Positions 53,389 through 64,000 of a DNA stretch of 64,000 nucleotides are shown here, in pieces; the stretch's first letter is position 1, and every line of letters starts with the position of its first letter. Source of the stretch: Eledone cirrhosa (taxonomy: Eukaryota); assembly GCA_964016885.1 (NCBI GenBank), contig OZ024754.1:37138001-37202000 (forward strand). Reading direction: 5' to 3'. Under the pieces are notes generated by a model. It was not told the DNA's origin. It saw nothing but the letters and a program-made list of their open reading frames with translations, and did not search any database. A program made the position numbers and the translations under genes.

Positions 53389-53788
53389 AAATAGAAAAAA
53401 GAGTGAAGAAAGAACTAGTCAGCAACAGGAAAATATTCTTTAGTCAATTGAAAATAAATCATGTCGGAAAAGACCGCCATAGATTTAAAAATATGAATGA
53501 TAAATGTCGACAATGTGACCAGCTTCCATAAAGAATAAAATCTATGAAATTAACATCTCATATATTATATTCTTTACTTTTTACTTGCTACAGTAGTAAA
53601 TACGTTTTAAGCATATTAATATCGTACAAATATTATGGAAAGTCTGCTTTCATCGCAGATTTATATATATATAAGTTATTCCGGGTTGAATCGGAGGTAA
53701 CCACAGTAAGTAAGGTACTCAATACATAGCAGAGTATAACAGTTTTAATATAGAAGAGCTTCTACAGGACTAGAACAGTTTCATTCGT

Positions 53789-53837
53789 GCTTCCTGATGA
53801 TTTCTCACGAATGAAACAGTTCTAGTCCTGTAGACGC
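53789..53837 (+). ncRNA. Type I hammerhead motif, family E (fold-back element 53670-53853)
   Basis: gcttc-CTGATGA-tttctcacgaat-GAAA-cag[..]ctg-TA-gacgc (opposite arm has gaagc). Confidence 0.8.
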
Positions 53838-54536
53838 TCTTCTATATTAAAACTATATATATATATAAGATTTATAGCACAATGAGAATGTTTTCGTGTG
53901 AATTGGGAGTTTGTTTATAATTATGATATAAACATATGAATTTTTAAAAACTAGACATAAGATCATTACTTCTCACACATTATAGATACATGTCTCATTC
54001 ATGAATACTGGTACTTACACTATAATGCCTGTTTTATACGAACTAATATTTTCTACGGATAAAACATAGCGTTTTTAAATTCTGCATCGTTTATGTCTGG
54101 TTATGTTTCATTTTCTCTTTTTCATTTTCTCTTTTTTCTCTCTATATAACGGCTATTTTCTCTCTTAACTACATACATCTCTCTTTACATTAATACTAGA
54201 GCTAAATAAATAAATAAATAAATAAATAAATGTATCAACCGATACTCAACTTTCTAATTTCTCTATCTATCTCTATCTATCTCTTTCTTTTTTCCTCTCT
54301 CTATATATATTTCTCTCTGTTTCTTTACATGAAGTTCTTCTCTTTATCTATCTTTCTATATCCCTCTATTTAGTCACATACATTTCTTCTTTTTCTTCGT
54401 TTCTCTTTCTTTCTCTCTTTATCTCTTTCTCTTTTTACAACTGTCCACAATATTTTTTACTGCCAAATCAACCTCACAAATGCAAGGTGATTGAAAGGTA
54501 TGTCGTATCTATTTATTTATAAGACTGTTTATATTG

Positions 54537-54602
54537 TATTTTGTCTGAAGATGGCATAACATATTGTTAATATGATATCCCTGAAATATATATAACGAAA
54601 TA
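54537..54602 (+). ncRNA. Type I hammerhead motif, family A (element 54470-54732)
   Basis: tattttgt-CTGAAGA-..-GAAA-tatata-TA-acgaaata. Confidence 0.85.
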
Positions 54603-54730
54603 AATATGGTTTTATAAATATAGTTTCCATTTATTTAATATCATAAATATACTCCAAATACTTGTTGAGTGCTTTTATATCAGTTATAAATATTTACTCG
54701 TTGTTAACCCAACAATTTAAATATAACTTT

Positions 54731-54811
<81 letters not shown>

Positions 54812-54826
54812 TATATATACATACAT

Positions 54827-54865
<39 letters not shown>

Positions 54866-55304
54866 TATATACACACACACATACATATATATATTCTACC
54901 TTAGAGAATGATTTGACCAACCCGACTATAGCTAGATTCCACACGTTCTGCTTGTTTCACCTTAACAAACGGAGTTGATAATCAGATACAAATGGAGACC
55001 GCAAGTATTGTTCATTACTTCATTAGTGGCATCAAACAATCAACTTATCTCATTATATCCATGTCTAGAAACTGTACTCTGCTAATTATTAGCATTCTAT
55101 TCTCTTATTATTTCCATATAAATTAGCTGCGAGTTTATTGTATTTAAACTTAACAGCCGACCGTATGTTGAAGTCTCATGCAATGCTTACAGACTTTCTT
55201 TACAATGTTTACATTTTCTAAGTAAGATGCGCAAACATGGCAGACATGTTGAATTGCGTCGTTAAATGAATACCTACAGCAATACAGACACCGACGCACG
55301 CATG

Positions 55305-55392
<88 letters not shown>

Positions 55393-55421
55393 GATCAAAA
55401 GATGGTTAAAGGAGTTCCATG

Positions 55422-55492
55422 TATTTTATTATGCGCATTTCAAAAACAAACATCATCATGCAATAATATTTGTGTTTTCATCAGATAAAACA
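55422..55492 (-). ncRNA. Type I hammerhead motif, family D (fold-back element 55385-55696)
   Basis: tgttttat-CTGATGA-aaacacaaatatt..gatgtttgttttt-GAAA-tgcgca-TA-ataaaata. Confidence 0.87.
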
Positions 55493-55693
55493 GGAGAACA
55501 TGATATGAAGGCTAAAAAACACTTGTGGATAGTGCAGTTTTAAATCAACATATTGAAATGCGCATAATAAAATACATGGAACTCCTTTAACCATCTTTTG
55601 ATCTTATATTATGTATACTCCAGTCCTACAAACTGTAGAGTGCTTCTTATCCGATATTTGCATTGCTTTATTGTACTACAATAAAACTCACCT

Positions 55694-55761
<68 letters not shown>

Positions 55762-56030
55762 TATATGAAAAACAGGGAGAAAAAGACGATTATTAGGAAG
55801 AAAAATATATTTTTTTTTTCTTTTATATATATATATATCGGCTCTGTAAAAAAACTTGCATTGAGCCTATCATCATACCACTAACCGGCTATTACTTAGT
55901 ACTCCCCTCCATATTTATAATTGTATATTAAACATATATAAGTATAAATATTATTATTACTATATAGACAAGTACGACCTGAAGATCCGCTAATTGTTCT
56001 CGGTATGGTGAATTAACTGTTGTGTTACTA

Positions 56031-56070
<40 letters not shown>

Positions 56071-56185
56071 TGTGTGTGTGTCCTTGGTATGCATATGTAT
56101 GCATATATACACACATACATACCCGTTTCTTTCAACTACTGTTTTTAGAGATTGACTATCAGGAGAGTCATCAACGCTGGGATGA

Positions 56186-56258
<73 letters not shown>

Positions 56259-56387
56259 AAATAATCCCATATATATATATATAATAAAATAATCCCATAT
56301 ATATATATATAATAAAATAATCCCATATATATCTATATAATAAAATAACAGGAGGTTGGACTGGTTTAATTCCTTAAATGGTTTATT

Positions 56388-56445
56388 ATACTATGATCAT
56401 GTCAATGACCGGGTTCAGTATGAATCCGGTGACATCATCAGGTAT
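56388..56445 (-). ncRNA. Hammerhead-like motif with GACA in place of GAAA (element 56340-56520; tail also at 25394-25430)
   Basis: atac-CTGATGA-..accgg..ccggt..-GACA-tgatca-TA-gtat. Confidence 0.6.
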
Positions 56446-56688
56446 TCGAAATATAACGAAGGAATATAATAGACAAAATCCTTGGGGCTGAAAATCAGAG
56501 ACATGAGGGCGACCTAAATAAATAATTAAATATATATATATATATATATATGTATGTAAAAGGTAAACAGAAATAACAACACAATCGGTAGAGTATATGG
56601 AAGGAATATATTAGGTTAACTCTTGAAATACCAGGAAGAGGGTTTTTATATATTTAATTAGAAACTGAACAACACCATATATAACTAA

Positions 56689-56754
56689 TCCATTACCAAA
56701 GGTTTCAGGACCCTAGACAATATTAACATATGTCTAAATCGTTCATCAGATGAA
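56689..56754 (-). ncRNA. Type I hammerhead motif, family C (element 56556-56830)
   Basis: ttcat-CTGATGA-acgatttagaca..tgtctagggtcct-GAAA-cctttgg-TA-atgga. Confidence 0.82.
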
Positions 56755-56824
56755 AAGTTTCTAAATAGTTCTGTATTATACATAGAACACTCTTGTTTCC
56801 ATTGCTTTTTCTTCGGAAATACTT

Positions 56825-56827
<3 letters not shown>

Positions 56828-56875
<48 letters not shown>

Positions 56876-56884
56876 TATATTATA

Positions 56885-56918
<34 letters not shown>

Positions 56919-56930
56919 CATTATATTATA

Positions 56931-56977
<47 letters not shown>

Positions 56978-57090
56978 ATATATATATATATATACATTAT
57001 ATTATATTATATATATATATATAATATAATGTATATATACATATATAGTATAATATAATGTATATATTATATATATATATATATATACAT

Positions 57091-57124
<34 letters not shown>

Positions 57125-57335
57125 CATTATATTATATTATATTAACTTTGCCTTTCATCCTTACGGGGTCGATAAAATAAAGTACGAGTAATGTACTGGG
57201 TATGTGTGCCAAAAGTAGAAACAATTATATTATGTATATATATATATATACACATTATATTATATTATATATATATATATATATATATACATTATATTAT
57301 ATTATATATATACATTATATTATATTATATTATAT

Positions 57336-57367
<32 letters not shown>

Positions 57368-57492
57368 CATTATATTATATTATATTATATATATATATAT
57401 ATATATACATTATATTATATTATACATATATATATATACATTATATTATATATATATATATATTATATTATATATATATATATACATTATAT

Positions 57493-57523
<31 letters not shown>

Positions 57524-57531
57524 CATTATAT

Positions 57532-57562
<31 letters not shown>

Positions 57563-57574
57563 CATTATATTATA

Positions 57575-57605
<31 letters not shown>

Positions 57606-57691
57606 CATTATATTATATATATATTATATTATATATATATACATTATATTATATTATATATATACATTATATTATATATATATATATACAT

Positions 57692-57752
<61 letters not shown>

Positions 57753-57778
57753 CATATATATATATATATATATATATA
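56828..57778. repeat. (TA)n/(TATAT)n tract containing a family-1 SINE 3' fragment (57142-57227)
   Basis: Direct inspection. Confidence 0.9.
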
Positions 57779-57993
57779 ACCAATAACTTGTGGTAATTGT
57801 AATAAATCACTCGATATCTAGTTCACTTAGTCACAGATTTGATACCCTCAACAAGTCACGTAGATATATTATCCAAACAATATCCCTCCACAGCTCACCT
57901 ATATACATTATCTGGGGAAACAATTATCTAGACGATAGTTTTTCTGCAGATGTCGCTATTTTCTGATCGATCTTGTGCTGTCTTACTAGAGCT

Positions 57994-58835
57994 CACCACC
58001 ACCAGCACCACCACCACTATCACACCAGCACCACCAGCACCACCAAGAACCACCACCACTACCACCACCAGCACCACCACCACCACCACCATCACCACCA
58101 ACAACAACAACACCACCAACCACCAACACCACCAACGCCAAAACCACCACCGCCGCCACCGCAACCACCAACACCACCACCGCAACCACCAACACCACCA
58201 AGACCAACACCACCACCACCACCACCACTACCACCAAGACCAACACCACCACAGCCACCACCACCACTACCACCAAGACCAACACCACCACAGCCACCAC
58301 CGCCACCACAACAACCACCAAGACCACCAAGACCAACACCACCACCCACACCACCACCACTACCACCATCACCAGCACCACCACCACTATCACACCAGCA
58401 CCACCAGCACCACCAGCACCACCACCACTACCACCAACACCACCACCAGCACCACCACCACTATCACCACCACTACCAACAACAACAACACCACCAACCA
58501 CCAACACCAACACCACCACCGCCGCCACCGCAACCACCAACACCAACACCACCACCGCCACCACCGCAACCACCAACACCACCAAGACCAACACCACCAC
58601 CACCACCACCACCACCACCACTACCACCAAGACCAACACCACCACAGCCACCACCGCCACCACAACAACCACCAAGACCACCAAGACCAACACCACCACG
58701 ACTACCACCATCACCAGCACCATCACCAACACCACCACCATTACCACCAAGACCAACACCACCACCGCCACCACAACAACCACCAACACCACCGCCACCA
58801 TACATACATACATACATACATACATACATACATAC
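57994..58835. repeat. (ACC)n degenerate tract with an internal ~370-bp duplication
   Basis: ctatcacaccagcaccaccagcac at ~58017 and ~58387. Confidence 0.92.
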
Positions 58836-59177
58836 AGAGAGACAGACAGGCAGACATACATCCAGACATTTTAAAGTGATTCATTGAAAGTTTCATTGCT
58901 CCGACATTACATATATTTTCTTTCTATTCTCAAAGTCTGTGAGACTGGATTCTCTTTGTACTTTTGTTTGTACTTTTGTTTGTCTTTTGTTTTTCGGAAC
59001 AAATATGAAATCTGAGACACATTTATTCATTCTTCGACGTTTGGTTTTGACACTAAATAATATCTGTTATTAATATTTTGTCTCCGTTTACTTATATATA
59101 TACTCGTATATATATATATATATATATATCCCTTCCATATACTGTACCGATTGTGTTGTTATTAGTTTACCTTTCAC

Positions 59178-60780
<1,603 letters not shown>

Positions 60781-60822
60781 AGAACTAAGTGGAGGTGTTA
60801 TATATGAGATTTATTGCTTAAC

Positions 60823-60916
60823 CTGGTTATAAATGTTTCGGTTTCCTAGAGGCAGCCGACTCCTGATCTGGGGTCATCCCAGACCAGACTCCAAGTCTGC
60901 CTGATCCTCAGGCCAG
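60823..60916 (-). ncRNA. Partly decayed hammerhead motif with branched stem II
   Basis: ctggc-CTGAGGA-tcaggcag[two hairpins]ctgcct..-GAAA-cattta-TA-accag. Confidence 0.55.
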
Positions 60917-60969
60917 TGTTAACACAACAAAATCATATCAAATCTGAAGATGAACCAACCAGACACAAG

Positions 60970-61836
60970 CAAGCCTATAGAACCACCAATCACATCTCCA
61001 CTTTGTTCTTATTATATACACAAGCCTATAGAACCACCAATCACATCTCCACTTTGTTCTTATTATATACACAAGCCTATAGAACCACCAATCACATCTA
61101 CACTTTGTTCTTATTATATACACAAGCCTATAGAACCACCAATCACATCTCCGCTTTGTTCTTATTATATACACAAGCCTATAGAACCACCAATCACATC
61201 TACACTTTGTTCTTATTATATACACAAGCCTATAGAACCACCAATCACATCTCCGCTTTGTTCTTATTATATACACAAGCCTATAGAACCACCAATCACA
61301 TCTACACTTTGTTCTTATTATATACACAAGCCTATAGAACCACCAATCACATCTCCGCTTTGTTCTTATTATATACACAAGCCTATAGAACCACCAATCA
61401 CATCTCCACTTTGTTCTTATTATATACACAAGCCTATAGAACCACCAATCACATCACCACTTTGTTCTTATTATATACACAAGCCTATAGAACCACCAAT
61501 CACGTCTCCACTTTGTTCTTATTATATACACAAGCCTATAGAACCACCAATCACATCTCCACTTTGTTCTTATTATATACACAAGCCTATAAAACCACCA
61601 ATCACAGCATCACTTTGTTCTTATTATATACACAAGCCTATAGAACCACCAATCACATCTCCACTTTGTTCTTATTATATACACAAGGCTATAGAACCAC
61701 CAATCACATCACCACTTTGTTCTTATTAAATACACAAGCCTATAGAACCACCAATCACATCTCCACTTTGTTCTTATTATATACACAAGCCTATAGAACC
61801 ACCAATCACATCTCCACTTTGTTCTTATTATATACA
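60970..61836. repeat. 51-bp minisatellite, ~17 copies
   Basis: caagcctatagaaccaccaatcacatctccactttgttcttattatataca; 17-aa periodicity. Confidence 0.96.
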
Positions 61837-62153
61837 CTCTGCTCTGCATTGAATGCTGACATTGGTTCTCTCACCAGTTTTCTTCTGGCTGACTGGACCC
61901 TGAAGCGTTTGCACGTATATATATAGAGAGACCCTGAAATGTGTGGACATTCGTGTGTATGTGGTATGTGTGTCTGTATGGGTACTTGAGTTTTTATGTA
62001 TCTTTGGATTAGTGTGTATATTTCTAAAAATAGTTTTTCCAAAGAATCCCTGTTCTTTAAAATCCCTTGCCCAATGACCTCTAAGGAAAAAAAAACCACC
62101 ACCTTCCCCAACCACCAGAAAACATATAAATACAACCGTATTACAATGACAGT

Positions 62154-62207
62154 TGGTTTTCCTGATGATTTCTTTTGAATGAAACACTTCTTGTCCTGTA
62201 GAAGCCA
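62154..62207 (+). ncRNA. Type I hammerhead motif, diverged family E copy (tail to ~62290)
   Basis: ggttttc-CTGATGA-tttcttttgaat-GAAA-ca[..]tg-TA-gaagcc; tail resembles 31690-31740. Confidence 0.72.
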
Positions 62208-62888
62208 TTTCTATATTGAATATGATGTTTCCACATTTATTGACTAAGTTACTCACTCTGGTTACTCACGATTTAACTCGGGACTCACATATATGTGTAT
62301 ATATATATACGTATATACAAATATAAATTTAGCGAGAATCGCATTTCGGCGGGTAGATATTAGCAAAACGCAACTTCCATATTGTTCAGACAAGCGCTCC
62401 ATGGATATGAAGAAGATACCAGAGCTATAAACATAAGTTAAAATGGTCATACACGCTGAGACGATGGTTAAGAAGCCATTAACCACCATAGCCAAAAAAA
62501 GCGAACAAGCTAAACGGGTCAAACAAAATGATTTAATAATTCAGCCCACATAATAATATCGATTGCCTGCTTCAACTGCCTGACCCTGCAAGTAACATTC
62601 TGACGCACTCTAATCCTGTATAAATAAGACACGCGTGCATGCTACACGTGAGATTGTTTCATACACTGACTACTCTAAACTTTCCTCTTGCTTTATCTTC
62701 ATAGACTGCCAATGCTTCATTTTTATTTTTATTTTTATTTTTATCTTTATCCTTTAACCTTTATATGTAAATTGCCATGCTATATCATTTTGATGGATGT
62801 CATCCCACTGTGGATCAATATGTGCATATGTTTTTATATGTTTCTTGTGTTGAAAAGGAGGTCAAGTATGTTATAGATCACTAAATAG

Positions 62889-62937
62889 TTGCTCCGAAGA
62901 ATCCAAATCTCGGTTTGGAGGAAACAATTGTAAGCAA
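62889..62937 (+). ncRNA. Hammerhead motif, CCGAAGA core variant
   Basis: ttgct-CCGAAGA-atccaaa[tctcgg]tttggag-GAAA-caattg-TA-agcaa. Confidence 0.75.
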
Positions 62938-63140
62938 ATAAATGATTTAAACTGAACTTTGATTATTGTAATCTCTATATAACTGCTCTGTAAAACAACC
63001 GATGTTATTACATTGAGCTATTTATCTTACTGGTAATAAGATAGTAATTAATGACTATCTTTCACTGTTTAGGGTTTGTATAAAAAATATATAACCATAA
63101 AAGGTTTTATTACATACATAACCATAAATAATATCCTTAA

Positions 63141-63202
<62 letters not shown>

Positions 63203-63369
63203 CCCACTATTACCCACTCTACTACCCTAAGTATTGAGTACTTTGGTGCGCTATGGTCCACCTGGTTCCTTACCACATTTCCTTCGTTATATATATATAT
63301 GTATGTAAATATATATATGTATATATATATATGTGTATATGTGTGTATATATATATATGTATATATATG

Positions 63370-63400
<31 letters not shown>

Positions 63401-63448
63401 ATATGTATATATATACCTCTTACGACTCTGTCAATTCGGTGTCTTAAT

Positions 63449-63550
<102 letters not shown>

Positions 63551-63711
63551 GCACACATATATATATATACATATATATATCAAATACACACAATATTCTG
63601 TACACTATAATCTATCGAGTTACTTAGATAGTAAACTATGTAACGGTCACTAAGTGATCATTACTTATCTACACACGTATGTGTACATACATATACATAG
63701 ACACATCTACC

Positions 63712-63768
<57 letters not shown>

Positions 63769-64000
63769 GTGCTAATATATTCAATGTAGAAAGCCGAAAC
63801 TCTACAAATGTATTTATCAGATTCACACTGATAAGTCCATTAGCTGAAGCATAACTACTCTCAATATCTCCTTATATGGTCAATGATACACGTAGATAAT
63901 TACTGAACATATTTCACCTCACCACCACCCTCTACCCCCTCCTACTCCTCTCCCCCTCCTCCAACCTCTATATTTATTTAGTTTGGCATAGTTCGAACAC

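Noticed and set aside
60916-61926. 336-aa repeat protein
   Set aside because: The 51-bp unit is a multiple of 3 and open on both strands; it derives from a repeat terminus.

Overview
Eukaryotic, AT-rich, repeat-dominated window. The repeat content suggests an octopus or other cephalopod genome (inference). No host gene can be called with confidence, and nearly all long ORFs are artefacts of micro- or minisatellites. Recognisable content: two tRNA-derived SINE families, 3' fragments of RTE-, Tx1/L1- and CRE-type non-LTR retrotransposons, several MITEs and many tandem arrays, some of which arose inside transposons. The main signal is a dense population of short, non-coding, mostly (TA)n-embedded elements that carry type I hammerhead ribozyme (HHR) motifs. 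I found about 17 copies with an intact CUGANGA/GAAA/NUH core and pairing stems, plus about 10 variant or decayed copies, in roughly ten distinct sequence families. Many have a palindromic stem III and are arranged as fold-back (inverted) pairs. One family forms a tandem array of about 300-nt monomers, like a retrozyme. The architecture matches pseudo-LTR remnants or non-autonomous derivatives of Penelope-like elements (PLEs). All structures were folded by eye and none has been tested.
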